Assembly: GCA_034421575.1 (NCBI GenBank)
Contig: DAOUKG010000066.1
Span: forward strand, 66,506 to 130,505
From: Dehalococcoidia bacterium
Lineage (GTDB): Bacteria > Chloroflexota > Dehalococcoidia > Lucifugimonadales > VXLM01
Length of the DNA stretch: 64,000 nt
Reading direction: 5' to 3'
The stretch's first letter is position 1, and each line of letters begins with the position of its first letter. A program made the position numbers and the translations under genes. Under the pieces are notes generated by a model that saw only the letters and a program-made list of their open reading frames with translations, did not search any database and was not told the origin of the DNA. Below, piece by piece: positions 55,442 to 64,000 of this stretch.

Positions 55442-56272
55442 ATGGTTGAATGGCTGGCGCTGGTGATCATTGGCTGCGCTACGGCAGCGTTCGGTGTCAT
55501 GGTCGGCACCGGCGGCGGCATTATCTTCGTTCCCATGTTGCTGCTGTTCTTCAATCTCGAACCGGAGATCGCCGCCGGGACATCGCTCACACTGGTTGCC
55601 ATGAACAGTTTCGCGGGTACAGTCACCTATACACGCCTCGGCTTTGTAGACTTGAGAAGCGGTATTCTCTTTGCCGCGGTGGCGATCCCGGGATCAGTCA
55701 TTGCTCCGTTCATGGTCTCCAAGGTCGGCGGCGAGTGGTTTCGCATTCTCTTCGGCATGCTGCTCTTGATTCTCGCCACACAACTGCTCCTTAGATCCTA
55801 TATGCCGAAGGGTGTGACAAAGCCCAAGAGAATGCGGTCCTTCAGGTCGTTCATCAAGGAGCGCCGAATAGAGACCAAGCGCGGGCAGCGGTTCCGCTAC
55901 CATTTCAATGAGCCGCTGGCGACATCGACGAATTTCGCCATTGGATTCATGTCAGCCTTCTTCGGTACGGGCGGAGGGTTCTTGAGGACTCCTCTACTCG
56001 TGGGCATGTTCAACTTCCCGGTTCGGGTCGCCGTGGCGACATCGGTATTCTCCCTTTCGTTCTACTCGACCGTCGGCTCCGTTGTCCATGCCTCCCTATT
56101 TCACGTCCAATGGTTCCCGACGGTACTGTTCGCCGGCACCGGCATACTCATTGGCGGGCAGATAGGCGCGCGGCTTGCAGTGCGAGTCCAGAGCGCTTGG
56201 CTCGTAAGGCTGCTCGTCATGCTTCTGTTCGTAATGGGCGGGCAGGTACTCTTCGAAGGCATTCGCGGCTAG
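55442..56272 (+). CDS. TauE/SafE family sulfite exporter-like membrane protein
   Basis: 276 aa with 7-8 TM helices and duplicated GxGGG motifs (GTGGGIIFVP, GTGGGFLRTP). Confidence 0.85.
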   Translation: MVEWLALVIIGCATAAFGVMVGTGGGIIFVPMLLLFFNLEPEIAAGTSLTLVAMNSFAGTVTYTRLGFVDLRSGILFAAVAIPGSVIAPFMVSKVGGEWFRILFGMLLLILATQLLLRSYMPKGVTKPKRMRSFRSFIKERRIETKRGQRFRYHFNEPLATSTNFAIGFMSAFFGTGGGFLRTPLLVGMFNFPVRVAVATSVFSLSFYSTVGSVVHASLFHVQWFPTVLFAGTGILIGGQIGARLAVRVQSAWLVRLLVMLLFVMGGQVLFEGIRG

Positions 56273-56301
56273 AGACCATTCAATTCTCTCAAGGAGACGT
56301 C

Positions 56302-57432
56302 ATGAACATAAGTGAACGGGCCCGTGAAATCCACTACTCCTCCCTTGTTGTGGATACCCACTCGGACAGCCTCGCGTGGCCGACGCGACACGGAATCGAT
56401 ATCGGGCAGCCGCAGGACGAAACGCACATGGACCTTCCCCGCATGAAGGAAGGCAACCAGAACGTTCAGTTTTTCGCTTGCTTTGCAGCCCCAAGCTGGA
56501 TTGAGAAGAAGAGGGTCGTGCAGGTGACCCTCGATTACATGGACTCGTTCCACACTCTCATGAGGGGCTATCCTGAGCAGATCGAGCAGGCGACAACGGC
56601 TGACGACGTACGGCGCATAACCGACGCCGGAAAGCTGGTCGGCATCCTGTGCGTCGAGGGCGGACATTCCATCGACGACGACCTCGGCATCCTGCGTATG
56701 TACCACCATCTGGGAACGCGTTACATGACGCTCACCTGGAACAACACCAACAACTGGGCAGACGGCGTCCTCGGAGAGCCACGTCACGGCGGTTTGAATC
56801 ACTTCGGCAAGGAGGTCGTGCGAGAGATGAACCGGCTGGGAATGCTCGTGGACATTTCACACGTCGCTCCGGCAACCTTCTGGGACGCCATCGCGACCAC
56901 GACCAAACCCGTCATTGCCTCCCACTCGTCGGCGAAGGCAATATGCGCCGCTCCTCGAAACCTTGATGACGACCAGATAAAGGCAGTTGCCAATAATGGT
57001 GGCGTCATAGGCGTCAACTACGAGATTACCTTCGTAGGAGAATCCTACCGCGTTGCGAAGAATGCCGTCGATGACGAGAAGGCCGAGGAAATCAAACGTG
57101 TCGAGAAGGACCATCCAGCCGGTTCGCACGGCCTGAGCAATTCTCTACGGGATATAGACGAGCGCTACGACGAAAAGGTCGCGGAGCTATCGAAGCCACA
57201 CTACACCGAGATCGTGGACCACATCGACCACATGGTGTCAGTTGCGGGGATAGAGCACGTCGGGCTGGGATCGGACTTCGACGGCGCGACCATGCCCGAG
57301 GGTATGGAGGACTGCACCAAGGTACCGCTGATTACCGACGCGTTGATCAGCCGGGGTTACAGCGCAGGTGATATTCGCAAGATTCTCGGCGAGAACTTCA
57401 TGAGAGTGATGGGAGAGGTGCTTACGGACTAA
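56302..57432 (+). CDS. membrane dipeptidase (peptidase M19 family)
   Basis: ATG at 56302 with an AAGGAG RBS (the track ORF starts at 56110). VVDTHSD, TLTWNNTN, DISHV, GLGSDFDG. Confidence 0.9.
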   Translation: MNISERAREIHYSSLVVDTHSDSLAWPTRHGIDIGQPQDETHMDLPRMKEGNQNVQFFACFAAPSWIEKKRVVQVTLDYMDSFHTLMRGYPEQIEQATTADDVRRITDAGKLVGILCVEGGHSIDDDLGILRMYHHLGTRYMTLTWNNTNNWADGVLGEPRHGGLNHFGKEVVREMNRLGMLVDISHVAPATFWDAIATTTKPVIASHSSAKAICAAPRNLDDDQIKAVANNGGVIGVNYEITFVGESYRVAKNAVDDEKAEEIKRVEKDHPAGSHGLSNSLRDIDERYDEKVAELSKPHYTEIVDHIDHMVSVAGIEHVGLGSDFDGATMPEGMEDCTKVPLITDALISRGYSAGDIRKILGENFMRVMGEVLTD

Positions 57433-57472
57433 GCCGCCACCCCTCGCAAGAGTTGGCCAATATTCACAGCTG

Positions 57473-57495
57473 AGCCAAGCAGCTTCGGCTTGGTT
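57473..57495 (+). terminator. hairpin downstream of the dipeptidase gene
   Basis: AGCCAAGC-agcttcg-GCTTGGTT. 8-bp stem including one G-U pair. Only a weak T tract follows. Confidence 0.3.
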
Positions 57496-57538
57496 ACATG
57501 CCGACCTGCGAGTCCAGTTTGGTCGTTGTGCAGCTACT

Positions 57539-57772
57539 CTACCCGACTGTCGCGTGAGGGTTGCGGTCGGCAAGCTCCTTGATGACGGTGTCCTTGTCGG
57601 TCTCGCCAGTCCATGGAGTGGGAAGCCTGTTCGTGCCGAAGATCCGCGTCATGATCGGATCGTCGTTCCCGTCACCGTCGGAGTGGACCGTGTACCAGAC
57701 GTTCTCACCGTCGTCCAACTCCACCGCGATGTTCCGTGTTTCGCCCGTCCAACCGAAGCTAACGTATCCCAT
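57539..57772 (-). CDS. small acidic hypothetical protein (77 aa)
   Basis: ATG with a GAGGA RBS 7 nt upstream. I recognise no family. Confidence 0.5.
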   Translation of the reverse strand: MGYVSFGWTGETRNIAVELDDGENVWYTVHSDGDGNDDPIMTRIFGTNRLPTPWTGETDKDTVIKELADRNPHATVG

Positions 57773-57813
57773 GTCGAATCCTCAGTTGATATGTGTTCGT
57801 CGCTTTCGCCGTT

Positions 57814-59319
57814 CTATGATACTCCAAGGAGGTTCTTTTGAAAACCAGAAACTCCCAGGGCGGTGAGGCCGCCTCTCGCCTTGTCAAGCGTCTCCTGGTA
57901 TTCGGCTTCAGGATCGGAATCGGCAACGATGCCTCCTCCGACCTGAAAATACACCCGGTTCCCCTTTTTCAACATCGTTCGAATGGGGATGGACAGCTGC
58001 ATCGAGCCGTCGAATCCGATGTATCCAATGGCTCCGCAGTACACGCTGCGTTGGACGGGTTCGATCTCGTCGATGATCTCCATGGCCCGGATCTTCGGCG
58101 CACCTGTAACCGATCCGCCCGGGAAGCATGCCTTCAACAGGTCAATTACATCGTGCTCAGGACGAAGCCTACCGGTGACGGACGATACGAGCTGGTGTAC
58201 GTTCGGGTATTGCTCAACGGTAAAGAGCTCCGGTGTGAGAACCGTACCCGGCATACATACTCTCCCAAGATCGTTGCGGAGAAGATCGACGATCATGATG
58301 TTCTCCGCACGATCCTTCACGCTCTGGGAAAGCTCAATGCACAGATGTGCATCGGCTTCCCGTGAGGCCCCTCGTGGCCGGGTGCCCTTCATCGGGCGGG
58401 TCTCGACGAATCCGTCTTCAACGTGCAGAAACTGTTCAGGAGAGGCGCTCAATATGGTGACTTCGGGCAGATCGAGATAGGCGCCGAAAGGGGCAGAGGT
58501 GGAGCTTCGCAACGCACGGTAGAGCGTCCAATCGTCCGTGTGGATGGTGGCCTCGAAGCGCTGGGAGATATTTGCCTGATAGATGTCGCCCGCGACGATG
58601 TACTCCTTCACGCGTTCGACAGCGTTCACATACCGCTCGCGCGTGAAGTTGGAACGGAGATCCGTCGCAATCCCGACGCGCCCGTTCGCACGCCTCAGGG
58701 TTTCGCGGCCCACATCAATTCGGTCCCGCACCCACTGTGCCCTACCCTCCCCACTGAACTGGGTGGTGACTATCCACGCCTTGTCGTCCAGGTGGTCGAA
58801 TGCGAGGACCCAGTCGTAGAGACCGATGGTCATGTCCGGCAAGTCGAGGTCGTCGACTGCCTTACCGGGTAGGCGTTCGAGAAGACCGCCCATTTCGTAG
58901 CCGAAGTAGCCTATTGCGCCACCCTGGAATGGAGGCCCGCCGGGATGACGATTAGCCCTGAAGGCCGAGAGTAATCGCTTTACGACGGAGAACGGATTGT
59001 CCTCGGACAAGGTGACTGCGGTTCCCTCGATCAGCTCGACCGCCCTTCCCTTCGAACGCATTACCAAGAACGGGTCGGCCGTGAGGTAGGAATATCTTCC
59101 GAGGCCCGGTCTCAAGAGCGCGCTGTCAAGCAGGATTGGGTAATCGGCATCCAGAAAGCCGTAAGTCGCCTCAACAGGGTCCAGAGGGAATTCCAGTTCT
59201 TCCACCCGAGTTTCGGTTGATACGGCTTGTTGAGTTTGCAAGGGTGGGCCATTTGACGGGACAATGTCGCGAGTGCGACATCCCTGAACGGATGAGTTCG
59301 CTGAAAGCGTCGACCGCAA
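57814..59319 (-). CDS. pabB: chorismate-binding enzyme, aminodeoxychorismate synthase component I-like
   Basis: PFGAYL, SASPEQF, RPMKGT, GGSVTGAPK, GAIGY, GGGIVADS motifs of the TrpE/PabB family. The PabB versus TrpE assignment is tentative. The start may be downstream of 59319. Confidence 0.75.
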   Translation of the reverse strand: MRSTLSANSSVQGCRTRDIVPSNGPPLQTQQAVSTETRVEELEFPLDPVEATYGFLDADYPILLDSALLRPGLGRYSYLTADPFLVMRSKGRAVELIEGTAVTLSEDNPFSVVKRLLSAFRANRHPGGPPFQGGAIGYFGYEMGGLLERLPGKAVDDLDLPDMTIGLYDWVLAFDHLDDKAWIVTTQFSGEGRAQWVRDRIDVGRETLRRANGRVGIATDLRSNFTRERYVNAVERVKEYIVAGDIYQANISQRFEATIHTDDWTLYRALRSSTSAPFGAYLDLPEVTILSASPEQFLHVEDGFVETRPMKGTRPRGASREADAHLCIELSQSVKDRAENIMIVDLLRNDLGRVCMPGTVLTPELFTVEQYPNVHQLVSSVTGRLRPEHDVIDLLKACFPGGSVTGAPKIRAMEIIDEIEPVQRSVYCGAIGYIGFDGSMQLSIPIRTMLKKGNRVYFQVGGGIVADSDPEAEYQETLDKARGGLTALGVSGFQKNLLGVS

Positions 59320-59379
59320 TACTGTATAGTATTTCTCGCGACCAACACCACTGAACAGTTAGTCTCACACTTCACGATC

Positions 59380-59841
59380 ATGGCTCTCCGACGGCTTCAA
59401 GACCGTCCCCGCATTCTCGAAATCGCCTACGTAGCGACCCTTGCCATGCTGCGTCTGTTCAGGCGTGGCTTGAATCCGGGAGGGTTTGTCGAGTGGTTCT
59501 TCGTCAAAGGCGAGAAGGTGTCAAAGGGCGTCATTTTCAGCTGCCAGATGTGTGGGGACTGCGTACTGCACAGCACCGGCATGACCTGTCCGATGACCTG
59601 CCCGAAGAACCTGCGCAACGGTCCCTGTGGAGGTGTTCGCCAGAATGGGAACTGTGAGATCGTGCCGGATATGCGCTGCGTGTGGGTTGAAGCCTGGGAC
59701 CGATCACAGCGCATGAAGCAGTTTGGCGGGGAAATTCACACGGTGCTTGCGCCTACGGATAGGCGACTCGAAGGCACCTCATCGTGGATCAACGACATCA
59801 GTCCGAACGTTGCCAAGCGGCCGACCGGGTGGGCTGAATGA
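59380..59841 (+). CDS. metV: methylenetetrahydrofolate reductase C-terminal-domain (MetV-like) zinc-ribbon protein
   Basis: CQMCGDCVLHSTGMTCPMTCPKNLRNGPCGG motif. Overlaps the metF start by 4 nt. Confidence 0.8.
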   Translation: MALRRLQDRPRILEIAYVATLAMLRLFRRGLNPGGFVEWFFVKGEKVSKGVIFSCQMCGDCVLHSTGMTCPMTCPKNLRNGPCGGVRQNGNCEIVPDMRCVWVEAWDRSQRMKQFGGEIHTVLAPTDRRLEGTSSWINDISPNVAKRPTGWAE

Positions 59842-60809
59842 GATCGGGTTCGCGACTCGAACGAGTCCTGCGGTCAGGCTACTTCGCGGTCACGGCAGAG
59901 CTACTCTCCCCCGACAGCGCGGATCCGCAGACCGTGATCGAACATGCAAGGATCATCGGCGATTCGTGCGACGCCATCAACGCAACCGACGCTTCGGGCG
60001 CCCACGCCCACATGTCGAACGTCGCCGTCGCCGCCCTGCTTCGTCAGGCAGGATACGACGCAGTCGTGCAGCTCGCGTGTCGTGACCGGAACAGGATCGC
60101 CATGCAGGGAGACCTATTGGGCATTGGGGCGCTCGACATTCGCAATGTCCTTTGCCTGACCGGCGACGGGGTGGGCACGGGCGATCACCCCGAGGCGAAA
60201 CCGGTATTTGACATGGACTCGATCACGCTCCTCCGAACGGCTCGAATCCTTCGCGACAAGGGACAGTTCCTCAGCGGCAGGCCGATCGACTCCCCTCCCC
60301 GTCTATTTCTGGGAGCGGCGAGCAATCCCTTCGTGCCGCCGTACGACTTCCGCCCTCTCCGCCTAAAGAAGAAGATCGGAGCGGGAGCGGACTTCATCCA
60401 GTCCCAGTACTGCTTTGATATTCCCCGCCTTAAGTCGTTCATGGAAACCGTCTGCGACATGGGGCTCCACGAACGCGTATTCATTCTGATAGGGGTGGGT
60501 CCATTGCGGTCTGCGCGGGTGGCCTATTGGATGCGTGACAACATACCGGGCGTCGTAATCCCAGACTCCGTGATCAGGCGGCTGCTCGGCGCAGGGAAGC
60601 GTTCAAGGACCGAAGGCAAACGCATCTGCATCGAAATGATCCAGCAGATAATGGAGATTCCAGGAATCTCGGGGGTCCACCTTATGGCCTACCGGCAGGA
60701 AGAACTCGTGCCGGAGATTCTCAAGGAGGCAGGTCTGCTTCCGAGACCACGATTGGACGACTCAGACCAGACTTTCGACTACGGCGATGCGAGTGTTGAC
60801 GGAGCCTAG
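59838..60809 (+). CDS. metF: methylenetetrahydrofolate reductase
   Basis: 323 aa. FAVTAEL, CRDRN, LTGD, QYCFD motifs of the MTHFR TIM barrel. Confidence 0.9.
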   Translation: MRSGSRLERVLRSGYFAVTAELLSPDSADPQTVIEHARIIGDSCDAINATDASGAHAHMSNVAVAALLRQAGYDAVVQLACRDRNRIAMQGDLLGIGALDIRNVLCLTGDGVGTGDHPEAKPVFDMDSITLLRTARILRDKGQFLSGRPIDSPPRLFLGAASNPFVPPYDFRPLRLKKKIGAGADFIQSQYCFDIPRLKSFMETVCDMGLHERVFILIGVGPLRSARVAYWMRDNIPGVVIPDSVIRRLLGAGKRSRTEGKRICIEMIQQIMEIPGISGVHLMAYRQEELVPEILKEAGLLPRPRLDDSDQTFDYGDASVDGA

Positions 60810-60872
60810 TGGACCGAAATCATTGAAGTGACGGGCAGTAATTGGGGGCTAGAATTTCGTTCCACAACCACA

Positions 60873-60893
60873 GGGCGGGTTTGAAACCCGCCC
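60873..60893. repeat. GC-rich hairpin GGGCGGG-tttgaaa-CCCGCCC between convergent genes
   Basis: Perfect 7-bp GC stem. May act as a bidirectional terminator, but no U tract follows. Confidence 0.45.
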
Positions 60894-61098
60894 CTACCGG
60901 GTCATCGTGTCGCTACCGTTCAAATCCAGGATGTTGAACCACCAGACGCTTTGCGTTCGAAAGGCTGATTCGATTCCCCTAATGCGAATACGCTTCTTCG
61001 CATGGGAACCGTTTTCTGGGCTGCCGGTTTGCGCTCGGTGACCTTGTCTTCGTCCACGACCGAGAAGGGACTTTGCCGAGAGATTCCCCCGCGGCGGC

Positions 61099-61683
61099 TC
61101 ACGTCCGAGGGTTATCAACTACCACCTTCGTGCGCGCCATGTAGTCATGCACGCACCGACGGTTCTTGGCAAAGATGAAGAGGTGATCGATGAGGATGTA
61201 CGGGGGGATCAGGGTTAGGAGCCAGTTGACGAAATACCTGAGCGCCACGTTGTTGAATACGGTACCCGTCAGACCCGATTGCTCGTCAACGATGCGAATA
61301 CGCATTAGCTGCTTTCCTACGGTCTGTCCCTCACGTCGAAGGAGTACCACCTGGTACGGCACGCCGACGATGCCGAGCACCAGAAGGAGGAGCGAGGCAA
61401 TCGCCGGCGCACCTGAATCGGCGAGAAGCATTCCTGCGACGAAGGAGGCCGGGGACAGCGGCAAGTCTATGAGCCACGCCACGAGACGCTTCCATCTCTC
61501 AGCGGGGAACAGCACATCCGGCGGTGCGTAATTCGAACCACCAAGGGGAGCCTTGCACCGTCGGCAAATCTGCACATTTCGCGCATTCGTGGTCTTGCAC
61601 CGAGGGCAATTGATGGACTGAAGCGGCTGACGGGTCAATGTGCCCTCCGCCGTTGTTGACCGGTCTATGGAGCGCAAATACAA
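61099..61683 (-). CDS. RDD family membrane protein with N-terminal zinc ribbon
   Basis: CPRC...CRRC ribbon, RLVAWLIDL RDD-domain start, C-terminal RRCVHDYMARTKVV. Confidence 0.8.
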   Translation of the reverse strand: MYLRSIDRSTTAEGTLTRQPLQSINCPRCKTTNARNVQICRRCKAPLGGSNYAPPDVLFPAERWKRLVAWLIDLPLSPASFVAGMLLADSGAPAIASLLLLVLGIVGVPYQVVLLRREGQTVGKQLMRIRIVDEQSGLTGTVFNNVALRYFVNWLLTLIPPYILIDHLFIFAKNRRCVHDYMARTKVVVDNPRT

Positions 61684-61723
61684 TAACGCCTCAGTCGAGA
61701 CGCCTGTCGAGAGGAACCCAACT

Positions 61724-62224
61724 ATGTCGGAGCTTACCCTAAGTCCTACTGCCGTTCAAGCGGAGCTGCACAAGAACGGCGTGACCGACGTCGTGTGGCT
61801 GCCGGACACCGAGAGCGGCCACATGTACAACCTGCTTCAAGCTGACCCTTCCCTGCGGATCATTCCGATCGCTCGCGAGGCCGAGGGGATGCCCATTGCG
61901 TCCGGCTTGTGGATTGGGGGACGAAAGCCCGTCGTGATGATCCAGAACACGGGATTCTTCGAGTCCGGCGACTCGGTGCGTGGGATGGCTGTCGACATCC
62001 AAGCGCCTCTCGTCATCTTCATCGGGTATCGAGGATGGACACGCCGGGGCGTCACCACCGACTCGGCGGCGATCATCACCGAACCGACCTTACATGCCTG
62101 GAGGATGAGCTACTACCTGGTTGAGCACGATGGAGACGTGGACAGAATCTCCGTCGCGTTTGAAGACGCGGAGAGAATGCAGCGCCCGGTCGGAGTGCTC
62201 ATCGGCGGGGAGTATACCGGGTAG
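61724..62224 (+). CDS. TPP-enzyme N-terminal (pyrimidine-binding) domain protein, sulfopyruvate/phosphonopyruvate decarboxylase alpha-subunit-like
   Basis: 166 aa from the ATG at 61724 (the track ORF starts at 61640). REAEGMPIASGLWIGGRKPVVMIQNTG resembles ComD-type alpha subunits. Confidence 0.65.
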   Translation: MSELTLSPTAVQAELHKNGVTDVVWLPDTESGHMYNLLQADPSLRIIPIAREAEGMPIASGLWIGGRKPVVMIQNTGFFESGDSVRGMAVDIQAPLVIFIGYRGWTRRGVTTDSAAIITEPTLHAWRMSYYLVEHDGDVDRISVAFEDAERMQRPVGVLIGGEYTG

Positions 62225-62267
62225 GCAAGTTTCCGGTTTCAGGCGGTCTTGACGGCCAGGCGTTCGA

Positions 62268-62729
62268 TCAGGAATTACGCCGCTCGATGGCGAGTACCTT
62301 GTTGAGTCGCCGCACGTACTTCTCTTCGCTCTGTATGAATCTCGCCGAAAGGAAAGCCGCGACGATCTCCTTGGCGAGTTCCTCGCCAATAATGCGGGCG
62401 CCGATGCAGACCACGTTCATATCGTCGTGCTCTACACCCTGTCGCGCCGAGTAGGTGTCGTGACACAAGCCTGCACGGATTCCCTTGACCTTGTTTGCCG
62501 CGACACTCGCGCCGACACCACTGCCGCAGACGACCAGTCCCCGTTCGGCCCTGCCGTCGGCCACGCGGACTGCCACAGCCTCGGAGAAGTCGGGGAAATC
62601 GTCAAGGGCATCGTATTCGTACGCGCCGGCATCGATCACCGTGTGGCCGAGCGACTTCACATGCTCGGCGACCAGGTTCTTCATATCGAGACCTGCGTGG
62701 TCTCCACCTACGGCAACTCGCATTGGCAC
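62268..62729 (-). CDS. rpiB: ribose 5-phosphate isomerase B
   Basis: MRVAVGGDHAG, VCGSGVG, NVVCIGAR. Confidence 0.95.
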   Translation of the reverse strand: MPMRVAVGGDHAGLDMKNLVAEHVKSLGHTVIDAGAYEYDALDDFPDFSEAVAVRVADGRAERGLVVCGSGVGASVAANKVKGIRAGLCHDTYSARQGVEHDDMNVVCIGARIIGEELAKEIVAAFLSARFIQSEEKYVRRLNKVLAIERRNS

Positions 62730-62815
62730 TCCCCGACGCGGACTGTTCTCGATTCACAGCTTACCACAGAGGTCACTTGGCCCTCAGATGGTAGAATCGA
62801 GCCGAACATTTCCCT

Positions 62816-63613
62816 ATGGACGTTTCTCTCATGGGCAACAAGAGATCAGGCATGGCGACGGTAAGCGAGAGGTACTTCGCCAGCCCTGCACGAGTCCGCC
62901 GGCTGCTTGATGAGCTGAGCCAAGAAGACAGGGTGTTCCATTCGCTGTCTCTGAAGTCAGGGTCGCCACATACAAGGCCTATTCGTCCCCGAGACCTGCC
63001 AGCAGAAGGCATGCCGCTGCCTGACTGGGTAGTAGAGGCCATAGGTGTCGTCTCAGACTCGGAGACGGGAGTAGCGCTGTTTTGGAATGGCGAAAGGGCG
63101 TGGGGCGTACTTCCGCCATTTCCTATCGAGGAGAACCGTCTGTCCAGCGGTCTGGACGGATCGGAAGTTCTCGAAATCTTTGAGCGCAACATTATCGTCG
63201 GCGTCATTCTCCTAAGAATGGGGCGGTACGCCATTGGAGTTGTGCGAGACAATGAGCTTCTGGTCTCGAAGACAGACACGCGGCTCGTGAAGAATCGTCA
63301 CCGGGCAGGCGGCTCATCGCAGCGGCGATTCATGCGGAGCCGTGACCGGCTAATCAGAGAGTTGTATGACGAAGCGTGTGAAGTGACTCGACGGCTGTTC
63401 GAGCCTCGTTTGAACTCAATCGACTACGTGCTAACCGGCGGAGAGCGCCAGACGATCAACGGCTTCCTGAAACGATGCGGCTTCCTCGAAAAGTCAGGGC
63501 TGGAAGTGATGAGTCGACTGCTGGCGGTCGACCGGCCAAATCACAAGGCGCTTGAAGGCATCCATCGCGAGGTCTGGAAGAGCCGTGTCATCGTCTTCGA
63601 CAGGGACGAATGA
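62816..63613 (+). CDS. Vms1/ANKZF1-like (VLRF1, eRF1-fold) putative peptidyl-tRNA hydrolase
   Basis: 265 aa. ILLRMGRYAIGVVRDNELLVSKT...KNRHRAGGSSQRRFMRSRD has the GG(S)SQ loop in the position of the GSQ/GGQ motif of VLRF1 domains. By recollection of the family pattern. Confidence 0.6.
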   Translation: MDVSLMGNKRSGMATVSERYFASPARVRRLLDELSQEDRVFHSLSLKSGSPHTRPIRPRDLPAEGMPLPDWVVEAIGVVSDSETGVALFWNGERAWGVLPPFPIEENRLSSGLDGSEVLEIFERNIIVGVILLRMGRYAIGVVRDNELLVSKTDTRLVKNRHRAGGSSQRRFMRSRDRLIRELYDEACEVTRRLFEPRLNSIDYVLTGGERQTINGFLKRCGFLEKSGLEVMSRLLAVDRPNHKALEGIHREVWKSRVIVFDRDE

Positions 63614-63616
63614 AGG

Positions 63617-64000
63617 CTACTGAGCCGTATAGCCCCCGTCGACCGGCAGGTATGAACCGGTCATAAAGGACGCTTCGTCGGAAGCTATGAAGAGGGCGGC
63701 GTAGGCGATGTCCTCCGGCTTGCCCAAGCGGCCCATTGGGTGTCGCTCTTCCAGGAATGCTCGCATATCGGCATCCACGGTAAGGGACCTAGTCAGGGGA
63801 GTCTCCGTGAAGCCTGGACCGATGCAGTTTACGCGAATATTCTTCGCCGCCATATCGATGGAAAGGTTGCGGGTGAACTGGAGGACGGCGCCCTTGGAAA
63901 CGGGATATGGATTGAACCCGCTCTTCCACTCAGGCGGGTAACCCACAACGCTCATTATGGAACCGAGATTCACAACCGACCCGCCTCCGGCCTTTTCCAT
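63617..64000 (-). CDS. short-chain dehydrogenase/reductase (SDR), C-terminal part; N-terminus beyond window end
   Basis: YPVSKGAV (Y-x3-K), IRVNCIGPGFTETP, FMTGSYLPVDGGYTAQ C-terminus. Confidence 0.85.
   Translation of the reverse strand: MEKAGGGSVVNLGSIMSVVGYPPEWKSGFNPYPVSKGAVLQFTRNLSIDMAAKNIRVNCIGPGFTETPLTRSLTVDADMRAFLEERHPMGRLGKPEDIAYAALFIASDEASFMTGSYLPVDGGYTAQ

Noticed and set aside
60901-60940. GTTCAAATCC string suggesting a tRNA T-loop
   Set aside because: The flanking bases do not form a T stem, and no acceptor or anticodon arms can be built.
3271-64000. Searched for selenoprotein genes (in-frame TGA joining two same-frame coding ORFs) after finding selC
   Set aside because: All confident genes are explained by single uninterrupted ORFs. 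No adjacent same-frame ORF pair separated by a lone TGA was evident. By-eye screening is not exhaustive.

Overview
This is a high-GC bacterial chromosomal segment, densely packed and mostly housekeeping. The gene content (archaeal-type iPGM, LL-DAP aminotransferase, DsbA-VKOR-DUF3105, MetV-MetF, many REP/MITE-like intergenic repeats) suggests a Chloroflexota-like environmental lineage, but that is inference only.

Main blocks:
- aminotransferase / NifS-like cysteine desulfurase / thioredoxin
- a BNR/VPS10-like protein with an MFS transporter
- plsY and a NitT/TauT-type ABC transporter
- smpB and an S41 peptidase
- hflX-dapL-dapF-miaA-tpiA-apgM-pgk and a polyprenyl synthase
- a purine cluster: guaA-purD-purE-purB-purC-purS
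- tgt, alaS-ruvX, aroE-aroK/aroB, pabB, metV-metF, rpiB

Three tRNA genes are invisible to the ORF track: a tRNA-Sec (selC) candidate at 3173-3270, tRNA-Arg(TCT) and tRNA-Trp(CCA). The left-edge aminotransferase gene (1-1067, minus strand) is also missing from the track.

The most notable non-core structures are:
1. A 506-bp AT-richer insert with a GIY-YIG-like ORF between purB and purC, bracketed by a perfect 49-bp duplication of the purB 3' end.
2. An orphan gene with a winged-helix-like N-terminus and a TIR-like C-terminus, with AT-rich flanks and paired palindromes in its promoter.
3. A two-gene low-GC islet between an orphaned purS and tRNA-Trp.
4. selC next to a NifS-like desulfurase and thioredoxin, followed by a segment bracketed by inverted ~100-bp repeats.
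5. A lipoprotein with a cupredoxin-like domain followed by about eight paired-cysteine modules.
6. A Vms1/VLRF1-like release-factor-fold protein.

I found no multi-gene system that I can confidently call novel. All family assignments are by-eye motif recognition and need HMM or structure confirmation.
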